In this document: one piece after another, positions 33,303 through 45,747 of the stretch
Numbering within the stretch: position 1 is the first letter of the stretch
Layout of the letters: each line of letters begins with the position of its first letter
IMG/VR virus record: IMGVR_UViG_3300045125_000040
Location: 1-64,000 of that record
Length of the DNA stretch: 64,000 nucleotides
Origin: a virus
Direction: 5' to 3' (one strand)
Program-made: the position numbers and the translations under genes
The notes under the pieces: generated by a model
Database searches by the model: none
What the model was told of the DNA's origin: nothing
The model's input: the letters and a program-made list of their open reading frames with translations, nothing else

Positions 33303-33898
33303 ATGAATTTGTTTGACTTTTCTAATGATGTAAGATATAATAAGAACATAAAACAAATTAATAATTTCTACACATCAAGAGTAAAGAAGTTAAACTGTTT
33401 TTATGAAGAACATGGTGAAGGTCAGACCAGAAAAGAAACAGGTAATCTTTTCAGGATCTATTTTATTATATTTCAGAAACTATCAATCCAAATCTAGTCT
33501 TAAAAAAGAATGATTTTTTAACTGTTCCTAGTAAAAGTGGTAGATATAATCTAATAAATGTTCAAGTTGATTGGCATGTTTATTTTAATAACAAATTATT
33601 GTTTGTTTGTGAATGTAAAGCACATTTAGACAGATGTTATTTGTCACGTGCAGTCTCTGATATAAATGATATCAGAAAAGTGCATCCAAATGTGCCAGCT
33701 ATAATTTTCTGTGGACAGAGACATATATCAGAGGATTCTTTGAATTATTATAAAGAAGAATGTGATTTTGAATATTTTTTTGTTAATGAAGATAAAAAAA
33801 GATCATCTAAAACACCTTTATATAAAACATGCAATGCTTTAGATAATCATGAAATTCAAAGAGTTTGTGAACATATTAACTTTTTGTTATCTGGATAG
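33303..33898 (+). CDS. PD-(D/E)xK restriction-endonuclease-like protein, frameshifted
   Basis: VQVDWHVY...VCECKAHLD resembles a D...ExK catalytic motif; very AT-rich. Confidence 0.5.
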
Positions 33899-33971
33899 GT
33901 TCCGTAGCTCAACAGGACAGAGCAACCGCCTTCTAAGCGGTAGGTTGTTGGTTCGAATCCAACCGGGATCA
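33898..33971 (+). tRNA. tRNA-Arg(TCT), no encoded CCA
   Basis: GGTTCCG/CGGGATC acceptor stem, ACCGC-CTTCTAA-GCGGT anticodon arm, GGTTCGAATCC T-arm. Confidence 0.9.
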
Positions 33972-34041
33972 TTTCGTCTCCATGGATAAGTTTTAGCAAT
34001 AAATAAGACTAGACTATCCATGGAGCGTTCTAATTTTCAAG

Positions 34042-34677
34042 ATGTATTATATAGTTTATAAAATAACAAATTTAATTAATGAAAAATATTATATAGGATG
34101 TCATCAAACTGACAACCTAGATGATGGATATTTTGGTTCTGGTGTTTATCTTAAAAGAGCTATAAATAAATACGGAGTTGATAATTTTCATAAAGAAATT
34201 TTATTTTTCTGTCAAAATGAAGAAGAAATGTTTTAAAAGAAAGTGAGTTAGTTGTTGTCTCAAGTAAAACTTATAATTTAAAAGAAGGTGGACGAGGCGG
34301 CTTCGGATATATCAACAAAAACAAATTAAATAATGGCAGAAGATCCAGAAGAAACAGAAAAAAGAAGATTAAAAAATCTTTCAAAATATAGAAAACAAAA
34401 ATGTAAAGAAAAAGATGAATTAGAATTTATGAGAAATATTGCTGAGATAGGAAGAAAAACTATTTCTGAAAAATATCCTAATGGAACATGGAAAAACAAA
34501 AAACACTCAGAAGAAACGAAAATAAAAATTGGTGAAATAAGTAAGATACGTCAATTAGGTACAAATAATTCACAATATGGAACGTGTTGGATTACTAATG
34601 GTGAAATAAACAAAAAAATAAAAAAAGAATGTCTTGATATTTGGATTGAAAAAGGTTATTATAGAGGAAGAATATAG
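34042..34677 (+). CDS. GIY-YIG (Seg-like) homing endonuclease next to a tRNA gene, frameshifted
   Basis: YIVYKITNLINEKYYIGCH..YFGSG..LKRAINKYG; YNLKEGGRGG; KHSEETKIKI NUMOD3; NSQYGTCWITNG. Confidence 0.88.
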
Positions 34678-34813
34678 GAGAACTAAAATGTCAGACCGCC
34701 ATAATCACTGGTTTTGGAATAGTTCTTTTGTTGATGCAATTCATCAAAAATTGTTAAATCTAACTTCATGGATCTGGAAAAAGCAGAACCATAACCACTG
34801 AGGATAATATATT

Positions 34814-35211
34814 ATGAATAAATTTATGATTGCTGTGATTGCTTTGTTTTCTACTTCTGCCATGGCTGACTACAATGTTGTCATTAGTAAACGGCAGCAG
34901 ACTATGAGTGTCTATGAGAATGGACAACTTATGGATATCTGGCCAGTTTCTACTGCTCGAAAAGGTTATGTAACACCAACTGGGTCTTATAGGCCCTATG
35001 CTTATCAACTAATGCATTTTCTAAGAAATACGATAATGCGCCTATGCCACATTCGATATTTTTACAGGGGTTATGCTATTCACGCTACTCCTCATATCGG
35101 CAATCTTGGTCGCCCTGCCTCCATGGGTGCGTACGTCTTCATCCAACACATGCTTCAGAACTTTACAATATGACGAAAGGTGAACCTACTACCATCACAA
35201 TCAAGGATTAG
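34814..35211 (+). CDS. L,D-transpeptidase (YkuD family) with signal peptide, frameshifted
   Basis: WPVSTARKGYVTPTG, GYAIHAT..NLGRPAS(H)GCVRLHP catalytic motif (HGCVR restored by one indel). Confidence 0.85.
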
Positions 35212-35380
35212 TCACATGAAAAACTCCCGTCCTGCTTCTTTGTCTCAGGTTTATATGATGAAACATGCTTTTGAATATGAATTGAATAATATCTTGGCAT
35301 TTGAAGACAGGCAGGAGTTTTTTCAGAGTTATCAACTACCTTGAAGAAGAGTGAAGGAACTAAAAGAAGATGAAAAGAGA

Positions 35381-35601
35381 ATGCTTAAAAATTCAAACTT
35401 CGTAAATGAGATGGATCTTCTATGTAAAGAAAAAAATATTGAATATATTGATGCTATAGTATTTTGGTGTCAAAAAAACAATCTTGAAATTGAAACTGCT
35501 GCTTACTGGGTTAAAAAAGACCCTGTTATGAGGTTAAAAAATCCGAGGTAGAAGCAGAAAATTTAAATTATATGAAAAAAGGATCACGTCTCCCAATATA
35601 A
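35381..35601 (+). CDS. 33: late transcription co-activator gp33
   Basis: IEYIDAIVFWCQKNNLEIE...EAENLNYMKKGSRLPI; canonical position before gp59 and gp32. Confidence 0.85.
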
Positions 35602-35631
35602 ATATACGGTTAACCATTGTTAGGAGGCTTT

Positions 35632-36099
35632 ATGGTCATAAAAACAATTGGTAAACCATCGCATACGACTTTACAATTTGTTAAAAAATCAGCAAATTTT
35701 TATGCGAAATATCTTCTTAGGAATAAACTATTTTATAATGTATTTCTAACCATAAAATTTGAAAAATTTGAACGTGGTTCTTGTGATTATGCATATTGTG
35801 ATTGGACAGATGATAATCATCAAGCGAGAGAGTTTACAACAACAATTGACAATCGTCTTAATGAGAAAGAGACTTTATTGGCTCTTGCGCATGAAATGGT
35901 TCACGTCAAACAATATGCAAAAGGTGAATTAAAGGATATTTTCAGACCAACCAGAATGGTTAAATGGCAAGCGAAAATATCTTCATGAAGAGATAGATTA
36001 TTGGGAGCAACCATGGGAAATTGAAGCTTATGGACGTGAAAAGGTCTTTATATAAAGTTTATGAAACATTTAAAAGATGGCGATCTGGAAGATTTTTAA
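35632..36099 (+). CDS. zinc metallopeptidase-like protein (HExxH)
   Basis: ALAHEMVHVKQY..GEL, YWEQPWEIEAYG; late promoter TATAAATA at 35597-35604. Confidence 0.75.
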
Positions 36100-36101
36100 A
36101 A

Positions 36102-36677
36102 ATGTCTGCATTTGAAGTCTATAAAGACTATTTGGCGTTGAAAAATCACTTTTCAAATAAAAATTATGATTACTTTAAGTATAAAGGTAAAGTAAGAACG
36201 TCTATAGACTCTTTTAATAAGAGAAAAGACAAAATATTTTTCGAGAAAAATTAGCAAAAAACAAAGAATTTCATGAATTTTTGGTCTCAAATCTTTCAGA
36301 AGACCCAAAATTATGGATTCGTGACCTCGCATATTCAGATGATGCGTTAAAAAGATACTTAAATTGGAAAAAAAAGACAACAATCTCTGTCTTATACCTT
36401 CAAAAATGACCTTTCCAAGCTAAATTCTGACTTTGATAGCAATCTTTTATGTAAAAATGGTCATCCAACACTTCTGAAATTATACTTGGGTAACGAAATA
36501 AGCCTAGAAACACTCTGTATAGTGTTGAAAATGACTAAATCTATGAAATATTGGAATAAAAGTATGGAATATGATCTTATTTGGGAGGATATTAGAAATA
36601 AAGTTATAAAATATACACCATTTCTAACTTATGATGAAGAAAAATTTCTAAAAATAGTGCTTGACAAATTCAGCTAA
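36102..36677 (+). CDS. 59: helicase loader gp59, frameshifted
   Basis: FEVYKDYLALKNHF..YDYFKYKGK..FNKRKDKIFFEK; GNEISLETL; KYTPFL. Confidence 0.85.
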
Positions 36678-36768
36678 TAATGGCATACTAAGTAATATCA
36701 GGTGGAAACACCAGATACAAAATATACGTAGAAACACATAGTAATACAAACAAATACGGAGAATATAC

Positions 36769-37687
36769 ATGGTAGATTTTAAGACACTTAAGGCACGTTC
36801 TGGTAAGAAGTCTCTAGAGGCACTTACAGTAGAAGTAAGTAAGCTAAATTCAAATGAATCCTCACGAGCAGATGATCGTTTCTGGCAACCAACAGTTGAT
36901 AAGGCTGGTAATGGTTATGCTGTTATTCGCTTTCTAGACTCTCCAGAGGGAGAAGATGTTCCCTTTGTTCGTACATTTGATCATGGCTTTAAGGGTCCTC
37001 GGTGGATGGTATATTGAAAGGTCTCTGACTACAATTGGAAAGTCAGATCCAGTAACAGAGTATAATAACAAGCTTTGGGAAAGCGGTATTGAAGCGAATA
37101 AGGACATTGTTCGTAAGCAGAAGCGCCGCCTCCATTACATTTCCAACATCTATGTTATTCAGGATCAGGGAAATCCTGATAATGAAGGTAAGGTCTTTCT
37201 ATTCAAGTATGGCAAGAAGATCTTTGATAAACTCAAGGAAGCAATGGAACCACAGTTTGAGGATGAAACACCTGTCAATCCATTTGATCTTTGGGAAGGT
37301 GCAAACTTCAAGTTGAAGATTCGTAATGTCGAAGGTTATCGCAATTACGACAAGTCTGAGTTCTCAGAACCAAGTCCTCTCTTCGAAGATGATAAGAAGA
37401 TTGAAAAGGTATGGAAGTCAGAATATTCTCTAAAGGAATTTCTTGATCCATCCAGCTTCAAGAGCTATGAGGAACTTCAGGCACGTCTTAACAAGGTTCT
37501 TCAGGAAAACACGAATGTTAATAAGAATGTTCGTGCAGAGGATCTTGGTGAAGATGATGCACCAACATTCAAGACAAAGAAGTATTCAACGGATGATGAT
37601 GAAGAAGATCCACCATTTAATGTTTCATCATCTGATGATGACGATGATGATGAATCACTGAAGTTTCAGAAACTAGCAGAGAAGTAA
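36769..37687 (+). CDS. 32: single-stranded DNA-binding protein gp32, one frameshift
   Basis: DDRFWQPTVDKAGNGYAVIRFL, KYGKKIFDK, NPFDLWEGANFKLKIR, acidic C-terminal tail; A-rich unstructured leader. Confidence 0.95.
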
Positions 37688-37689
37688 TT

Positions 37690-37713
37690 TAGGGGGCTAA
37701 TGCCCCCTTTTTT
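37690..37713. terminator. terminator between gp32 and the convergent late operon
   Basis: AGGGGGC-TAAT-GCCCCCT followed by a T-tract. Confidence 0.75.
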
Positions 37714-39796
37714 ATGCCCACATATTCTTTTTGAAGTTTTTCATTTCACCCCAATGATTTCCACCAATCATTGCCGCCCAATCAGGCCATGAATTGTCTG
37801 ATGGATAATTGTATGCATAACTTTCGCCACCACTCATGGATCTGACGCCCGGAGCAACTGGACCTGCTGTTCCTCCCGTTTGATCTTGTGTTGACATTTC
37901 TTGTGAAATTTCTTGTTGTGCTTGTTGCTGAACAGCAGTTTCGCTTACCATTTGGTTGTTCATAGCTAATCTGGAAAGCTGTTGAACCATTTCTGCACCT
38001 ATTACTTGTTTGTGGTTGTTGCATTTGTGCAATATCAGAAGACTGAACTGCAGACATTAATAATGGCGCTAAAGATGAAACTATTCCTCCAATTCCACCC
38101 ATTCCCATGCCCATTCCGCCCATCATAGACATCATTTGACTGTAATCTACGCCGCCACCAGCGGGCATAGGAGTTACTGGTGCTTGTGCTACTGGGTTCT
38201 GCGGGACCTGTTGCTGCTACTGGTGGCGGGGTGTCATTCCAGTTGTTGGAGATGGTGCAGCAACTGGTGTTCCACCTTGTGATACTTTTTCCGCATCAGT
38301 TGCAGTCTTTCCCGCCTGATAAGTGTCTGGCATAGGTTTAGCGCCACCAGAAGGCACTTCTGCATGAAGATGATTATTATGGCCTTTTGCACCATATTGA
38401 CCGCTTTCTCTCCAATAAACTTTATATCCAGCTTTAGTTAATTGTTCTGCTAATTTATCAAATTTTGCTCCAAGAGCAGGGTCTGATGCTTCAGTAACGC
38501 CTCTTCCAACATTTATGTCCAATTGCTCTGCCTTCATAATGAGCACGTCCTTTATGAACAGGTTTTACACCGCCAAAGGCAGGATGTTCTGATATTCTAA
38601 GACCTTCATTTTTTTCTAAATATTTACCAAGAGCTATAATGTCTCCAGAAGGAATTGCAGATGATCCTTCTACTTTTCTTTACCGCTCATTGCACCACTA
38701 ATAGGACCATGACCATGGCCAGCCATAGATTCTGGATTTAACGCACGGCTTGTATCAACGCCTGATGGTGCTTCTGTAGCACCGGAAGCCATTGGCGTAG
38801 ATTGTGGTGTAGCACCTGATGGTGTTGTTGCTTGACCAGTCTGTGGACTAGAATTTTCTGCTTTTGCGGTCCCGCCAGTTTTACCGGAAGCACCAGAACG
38901 TGCTGCCTCCATATATTTTAAATGTTTTCCGTGTTTCCAAGTTGTCCAATCTCTTGGAACACCATGTGCCTCACGAAGTATTTGTAATGCGACTCTTGCA
39001 TTAGTTTCTGGATTATATAATTCTTCGTTAGATTTTAAACCAAATTTTGCCCTTCTTTCTGGCCCAAGCTTATCAATCATATTAATTTGCCAAAGACCGT
39101 ATGAGTTGTCTCCAGTGCTTCTATTGGGGTTATGTGACATTGGGTTTCCAGCAGATTCTGGTTGAGATATTGCACCCAATACTGTTGCTTCTTCTTCAGT
39201 TCCGCCAACTTTTCGTATTAAAGCGGCTGCTTGAGATGCATTAACTTTTCCACCAGCCCCCGCAGATTGAGGAACATTACCCTCACCGCCTCCTCCTCCT
39301 CCAGCGCCAGTAGCTGCTTCATATCCAGCAGCACCAATTGCTCCACCAACAGCACCTATAGCCAAAGTTTTTAATGCACTAATAATATTGTCGCCAAGAC
39401 CAGTTAGTGAGGTACCTAAACCAGAAAATCCATTGGTTAATCCTGAAGACATATTTTGATTTAGACTGAAAATACTATTATCAACACTTCTTATTCCAGC
39501 AGAAATATCTCTTAATACACCTTGCATGTTACTTTGAATAGAAATCATTTCTCTGAATAGATTAGACAAATGATCCATTTTGGATGAAGTTTGTTCAGCT
39601 TCATATGCACTTTCTGACATTGTATTGGAAAGTTCTGCAATATCTCTTCTTTGTGCATTTAAGACAGATGATAAGTCTTTTATTATTTTTGACATAGCTC
39701 CGCTATTAGCGGCAGCTTTTCGAATTCACCCGAAACCTCACCCATTGAAGATTTAATGTTTCTTGATAATAGAGATATGTCTTCTGCTGCTGCCAT
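37712..39796 (-). CDS. tape-measure/baseplate-hub-like tail protein with lytic transglycosylase and probable peptidase domains, frameshifted
   Basis: Helical N-terminus; SLT motif ISQPESAGNP..DNSYGLWQINM..LYNPETNARVA; HxxH/HLH motifs (GHNNHLHAE); downstream of gp51 and gp26. Confidence 0.7.
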
Positions 39797-39798
39797 TT

Positions 39799-39984
39799 TT
39801 ATCCGCTATTCTTTTTGTTCTTTAACTCTTCTACTTGTTTGATATAATCAACTAGCATTTGAACATAAATGTCTCTTTCAAAGGGTATTAAGTTTTCAAC
39901 TTCACTAATAGAATATTTATGATGCTGAACTAATGAGAATACAGTGGCATAATAATTTTCAAGAGTATTATGACTTAACGCCAC
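39799..39984 (-). CDS. 51: baseplate hub assembly protein gp51-like
   Basis: LENYYATVFSLVQHHKYSISEVENLIPFERDIYV. Confidence 0.85.
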   Translation of the reverse strand: MALSHNTLENYYATVFSLVQHHKYSISEVENLIPFERDIYVQMLVDYIKQVEELKNKKNSG

Positions 39985-40688
39985 GTAAAAAAATCATTTA
40001 ACGAAGACAAGATTATTTCTCTCTTGTTCCCTAATGAGTTATCATATTCAATTTTATATTCCATTCTTGGAACTGTTAATAGAAAATTCTGAATCTTTTC
40101 GAATGTTTTGATATTGAGACCTTCAAGAAACTCATTAAGATCATCTTTTTTATAATCAGAACAATTATAAACCTGATCTTCATAGTAAATTGAATCTATG
40201 CATCGAATTATCAATTCAAACATATAGTCTTTGTCAAGGTTTAGAAATTCCTTATCATCATATAAAGATGCAGAAGGATATTTCATGATAATTCCGGACT
40301 TGTTCGTAATTTTGATATTATTATCAGACTTTTCAGGAAATTTAACTTCAACCTCATCTAAATCTATTTCGAATTCATAAACTTTAGAATCTTCAGCGTC
40401 TCTATATGAAACTTTAATAGTATTTTCTACAGAAACCGCTCTTAATTTTAGAAAAATATATTCAAGATCGAATAGAGCTAATTTGTTGATATCAAATTTT
40501 GGATCTATCGCACAATTACTAATGATCTGTTTAATAGCTGTTAAGATATCAGATGGATTATTACTTTCTTTGGCCATCAATAAAAGTTTTTCTTCTTTTA
40601 CCAAAAATGGTCTAAAATGAAAATCTTTCTTCAATGAAGGAATTTTTATCTTATGAACTGGGTAATCAATTTTAGGCAAATTAGACAT
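39975..40688 (-). CDS. 26: baseplate hub subunit gp26
   Basis: LPKIDYP..IPS..FRPFLVKEEKLLLMAKES..FDLEYIFLKLRAVSV..LNDFF. Confidence 0.92.
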   Translation of the reverse strand: MSNLPKIDYPVHKIKIPSLKKDFHFRPFLVKEEKLLLMAKESNNPSDILTAIKQIISNCAIDPKFDINKLALFDLEYIFLKLRAVSVENTIKVSYRDAEDSKVYEFEIDLDEVEVKFPEKSDNNIKITNKSGIIMKYPSASLYDDKEFLNLDKDYMFELIIRCIDSIYYEDQVYNCSDYKKDDLNEFLEGLNIKTFEKIQNFLLTVPRMEYKIEYDNSLGNKREIILSSLNDFFTWR

Positions 40689-40702
40689 AGTTTACTCCAT
40701 AA

Positions 40703-41362
40703 TTAAGGATTTATATTAACTCGTGACCTTTGTTGGCTGTTTCTTAAATTGTTTGGTTGTTGAGATACATTATTAGTTGTCCCAAAACTCTCTATAACGT
40801 ATTCAGTATAAACAAGGGAAACATTAATTCTCATTAGATTTGGATCACCCCATGAAAGAGGAATTTCTCTTATAGAGACAGGAAAACACTCAAATAGATC
40901 TATTCTTTGAATATTTCTACCAAAATGATCATAGAAGTATATTAACACGGTAGATGAATATTGATCTTTATATGAAGATGAGTATGCTGCTGTGTCATTT
41001 ACACTGGCAGAATTGAATTGGAAAATTGCACGAGTCCAGTTATACCAAAATTGCCAAAATTCACAATAATGATCGCCAAGCAAAGAGATGGTTACTTCCT
41101 GAAATTGTGCATTATATGGCTGTTTCTGCGTTGGACCAACACCATATCTACTATTATCAACCGACTGTAGGGAAATTCCAGGCGCTCTCACTTGGTCAAT
41201 ACGAAAGGACATATTTTCAGCAATATTACCGGTCGCAACAGTTCTGTTTTGCACATTATTTAAAAGAATAGGAGGAGTCTGAACATAGACATTAAACGAG
41301 TTATTATCCAGATAACCATAATTTGCTATATTTGATTTGAATTTATCAATATTGAATGGCAT
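40703..41362 (-). CDS. 54: tail tube initiator gp54-like
   Basis: FNIDKFKS, PG..YGVGP..PY, LFECFPVSI..LSWG; synteny. Confidence 0.7.
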   Translation of the reverse strand: MPFNIDKFKSNIANYGYLDNNSFNVYVQTPPILLNNVQNRTVATGNIAENMSFRIDQVRAPGISLQSVDNSRYGVGPTQKQPYNAQFQEVTISLLGDHYCEFWQFWYNWTRAIFQFNSASVNDTAAYSSSYKDQYSSTVLIYFYDHFGRNIQRIDLFECFPVSIREIPLSWGDPNLMRINVSLVYTEYVIESFGTTNNVSQQPNNLRNSQQRSRVNINP

Positions 41363-41371
41363 TGTTGTCCT

Positions 41372-41941
41372 TTAATATGGTGGTTTTCTACCAGTATAAT
41401 TTTTATTATAACTCCACTGTTCAAATGGTAATACAGCAACATATGCCCAATCTTTTGGGTCTACATAAGAAAAATTTCTACCCACAACATGACCCCATAG
41501 ATATCTTTTCACACATACTTTATATGTGGTATTTGTATAAAAACCTTTTCTAAAAATCTTTGTTGTTGGGCCATCTTTTGTGGTTCATCATATTTATCAT
41601 TGTCTTTAATAGAATCCATAAAGGCTAATATACCAAGTCTTTCATTTGGTGGTAAATAATGGAGATTTACTCCCAGAAATCCTTTATCAGTAAATTTAAT
41701 AGGAAAAACAAGAGGATATCTATCAAAGTAGGGAAGAACATCTTTATATTTGGCATCATAATTGAAGAAATACATTTGCCCTGCTACGGGGCCTTTAGTG
41801 TTTACGAACGTCTTTATGGAAGTCTTATGTCCAAAGTCCTTCACCATATTCTTAAACCAATCAGAAGCAGATTTGGATGTCTGCTTGATATTTTTGAGAA
41901 AGGTTTCTCAAAATTTTAATATATTTGTTTTCCTCTGCCAT
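41372..41941 (-). CDS. 2: DNA end protector protein gp2, frameshifted
   Basis: GQMYFFNYDAKYKDVLPYFDRYPLVFPI..GFLGVNLHYLPP. Confidence 0.88.
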
Positions 41942-42389
41942 CAGAATTTAACTCCCAGTTCATTTTCCGTCATTATAATGAATTCATAGCCTCTATCTTT
42001 ACAATATTCTCTAGCGGCTTTCCATTTGGCTGAATTCACGCCCCACGTCATTACTTCATTTAGATATTTACGTGACTTCTTTTTTAGCCTCTGTTATAAC
42101 AGGAGGTTGTGTTTGTTTGAATGGTTTTATTTCGACCAGTATTGTCTTGGACCCTGTTTTTGTTTTATATTTCACAGTAAAATCAACGAAGTATCTGTGT
42201 ATTCTTTGGTCTACCGGAGACCTATAAGGAATTACAGTTTCTTCGCTTTGCCACCATATAACTGTGGGGTCCGTATCCAGAACATGCATATTACCTATAC
42301 TCCCACCAACTACGATAAATTATGTTGGTAGGGTCTCCTTTGTATTTGTCTGGATTTATTGGTTTATATATGCCTTTGTATGTCGCCAT
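41941..42389 (-). CDS. 4: head completion protein gp4, frameshifted
   Basis: YKGIYKPINPDKYKGDPTNIIYRSWWE; WQSEETVIPYRSPVDQRIHRYFVDF; VEIKP. Confidence 0.9.
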
Positions 42390-42441
42390 CTTATTTTTTG
42401 TGATAAATAATAATATATTTATCTTTATAAAGCAGGAGAAA

Positions 42442-43176
42442 ATGGCTGCACCTAATTTTCCATCAAAGCCACAAAGAGGGTTTGATAGTATGTCATTCCC
42501 GGAGATCTTGCTACGGGTCAAAGACAGTTTTATACATCAATTACCTTTATGGATTACAACTTTGATCTTCAAACATTAACGGCTGGTGGTGCTGGTGGGG
42601 GAGCGGCTATCAAACTTCCTATGCCAAGACGATTAAATGATGCTGAAAATATAATATGGGAAGAATGGTCTGGAAAAGATGTTATAATTGGTGGAGCACA
42701 AAGTTTAGCTTCTTTGGCTGGTATTCCTGCAAGTTTAGTATCAGGAATTACAACAGTTACAGAAGGAGCATCAATTGCCACAGGTCGGGCTTTAAATCCT
42801 TTTCAATATATGATGTTCAAAAGACCCCAATTCAAAGAACATACTTTAAGCTGGACCCTGACGCCAAACAGTCCGAGAGAGTCTGACACTTTAATAAAGA
42901 ATTATTAATAAATGTAAAAAGGCAGCATTACCATCTACTACTGGTAGTGTATTTTTAATGAAATATCCTCAAATAGCTCAAGTTGTATTAAAAGCAGCTG
43001 GTGGTGATAGATATTTGTACAAATTTAAACCATGTGCCATAATATCTGTTCAAGTAGAACATACCGCAGCTGGTATGCCATCATTTTTTAATAGTGGTGC
43101 TCCTACAGTGGTCAATTTAACACTTCAGTTGAAAGAAATTCAATTGTGGAAATCAGAAGATATTCAGGAACAATAA
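42442..43176 (+). CDS. 48: baseplate tail tube cap gp48-like, frameshifted
   Basis: IKLPMP, ALNPFQYMMFKRPQFKEHTLSWTLTPNSPRES, YP, LTLQLKEI. Confidence 0.75.
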
Positions 43177-44058
43177 ATGCCAGCAAGATATTTTGAAAAA
43201 TTTCCAACTATTACATATAGTAATAATGAAGTTGTTGATATAACAAAAGAGTTGCCCTTCTGGAGAGAGTTTCGACAAATCCGTATGTATTCTATCCATA
43301 TGAAATTGATTCATATGAAAAGAGCAGATCAGTTAAGTTTTAGATATTATGATGATCAATATAAGAGTTGGATATTATACCTTTCCAATAAAATAGTTGA
43401 TCCGTATTATGAATGGTATATGCATGAAAATGAATTTGTAGATTTTATAACAAAAAAATATGGATCTTATTATGATGCTCAGAACAAAAATAAAACATTA
43501 TGTAAATGATTGGGCACCATCAGAAGATATTAGTGTTAGTAGTTATAATGCATTAACTCCAGGAATGAAAAATTATTGGGAAGCAGTTTTAGGTCAAGGT
43601 AACGTTCCTATAAGATATAAGAGAAAACAGGTAAACTGGCAAGTTAATACTAATAAAGTTATACAAATATACTGTTTCTAATGCTAATTCATTCATCAAC
43701 AATGAAATATGCCACGTAGTATTCAGTCAATATGCAAACGGCCAAGGACAAGTTTTTGCTGCTTCTAATAATAAAATTCATTTACAGCACGTTTCAGGTG
43801 ATTTTTATGTAAGCAATACTGTTAGTATTACGGCATCCAGCTACATTTATGGTACTGAAAGTAAAGCAAATGTGTTATTTACAGATGTAATGTCGGTTGC
43901 TAATAATATTCAAGAAGAAGAACTTATATATTGGAAAAGGTCTTACTTACCTTGAATATGAAACAGAAAGAAACGAATTCAATAAGAGCGTAAGAGTTCT
44001 TGATAGTAATCTTAAACAAACTATGGTAGACAATTTAACAGACCTTATGAGTGAATAA
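43177..44058 (+). CDS. 53: baseplate wedge subunit gp53, frameshifted
   Basis: YFEKFPTITY, RADQLSFRYYDD..WILYLSNKIVDPYYEW, EYETERNEFKRS-like end. Confidence 0.85.
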
Positions 44059-45313
44059 TGACAGGAAGAGTTAAAATTGAATCTATAAAAGTAGGAGATA
44101 TTGATGCAACGAGTCAAAACTCTCCTATGGCTGGATTTAATATCTATGAAGACATACTTAATCCATATGGCCCATTAGCAGAAATAAGATTGATTGATCC
44201 AACAGATCAGCTTGGTAAAAATATGCTAAATGGGTCGTATGATAAAGACGTTGAAATAAAGTTTGGTCCAGATGATAGTGGTTCTGGTGGTACAGGTGGA
44301 AGAACAACTTTAAAATTAAAGATGTATCAAAATAGAAATCTTAATGATCAATCTATAAACAATACAGGATCGGGTCATCACAAACAATATGATATAAGAG
44401 CAGTTGCACCAGAATTTTTACATGCACAAAGGTAATTTCGTTGAAAAGAGTTTTAATGATAAAACGAGCAAGGTTGTTGAACATATTTTGAAAAAAGGTT
44501 TCAAAACAAAAAGACAGATTGAGCTTGGTGAAACCAAAGGTAAAAAGACGAATTGTGATTTCAAGAAAACATCCTATGGATGCGTTGAAACAGGTTCAGT
44601 CAGAACACGTATCTGAAAAATATAAATCTTCTACATTTGCTCTTTTTCAACAAGGAAATAAAAGTGGTGAACACAAATATGTGTTTAAAACATTTGAAGA
44701 ATTATTTGAACAACAACCTGTTGTTAAAATTAAGACAAACTACTAATTTGAATTTTGAATCATCTGCAAAAGAAAAACAAAATTCTATTATGTGGTTCAA
44801 ACCATCCAAGAATTTTGATTCTGGTCCAAGAGCTTTGAACAAACCGGCGGAATACGCTTTTGATCATACAACACATAAAGTAATTGCCACGAAAGGCAAT
44901 GAAGCAGAAAAATTTAAGTTCGCTGATAAACAAGGAGTTTATGAAAAGACTCCTTCATATGTAGAAGATCATCCAAGTGTATTAAGATATGCACATGATA
45001 AAGCTAATAATAAAGATAAGCATGAAACTTCAAAAGCTATGACAGATAGAGCGGCATTTCTTTCTCATTTGGCTCAGAATTCCGCAGAACTTGAAGTATA
45101 TTACAATCCTGAAATAACTCTTGGCTCTGATGATTGAAATTGAAATACCCAAGAAAGTTAGTAAAACAGAAGGGCGAAGGCGAAACACAATTTAATGGAA
45201 AGTGTTTAGTTGTAGCTATACGAACAAAGTATAGAGTTGCAGGCGGAACCACCAAATTGTACAATGATATTGAGAGTCGTAAAAGCTTCATATAAGCAGG
45301 GGAGTGAAAGTAG
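44058..45313 (+). CDS. baseplate hub protein (gp27-like position), frameshifted
   Basis: FNIYEDILNPY, YVFKTFEELF; lies between gp53 and gp5. Confidence 0.55.
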
Positions 45314-45747
45314 TGGCTGATGACATGTTTGGACATCTTGTTATAGGTGAAGTAAGAAAATTCAAAGAAGATCCTACTAAATCTGGTAGATGTAAAGTAA
45401 GACTTTATAATCATCAGAATGATGAACAGGAAGTAAAGGATGATGATTTACCTTGGGCAAGCGTATTGCATCCAGTAACTTCTCCTGCGACATCTAAAGT
45501 TGGTATTTCACCATCTGGTTTAAAAGTCGGTTCAAGAGTTTTATGTTGTTTTCTTCCAGATGATACTGCAAAGCAGTATCCTATTATTTTAGGTGCATTA
45601 GCTCGTGGTGATAAACCCGAAGGCAATGAAAAAAGTAATGGTGGAGTATCTAAGGAAACACAAGATGCTCAAAAAAATTCTGGCGGTAAAATAAAAACTG
45701 CTGGTCCTGATAATCCTGCAAGTGATGGTGAGACACAGAATGGGTGA
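45304..45747 (+). CDS. 5: gp5 N-terminal OB-fold domain encoded as a separate short gene
   Basis: DPTKSGRCKVR..DLPWASVLHPVTS..GSRVLCCFL..QYPIILG. Confidence 0.8.
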   Translation: MKVVADDMFGHLVIGEVRKFKEDPTKSGRCKVRLYNHQNDEQEVKDDDLPWASVLHPVTSPATSKVGISPSGLKVGSRVLCCFLPDDTAKQYPIILGALARGDKPEGNEKSNGGVSKETQDAQKNSGGKIKTAGPDNPASDGETQNG

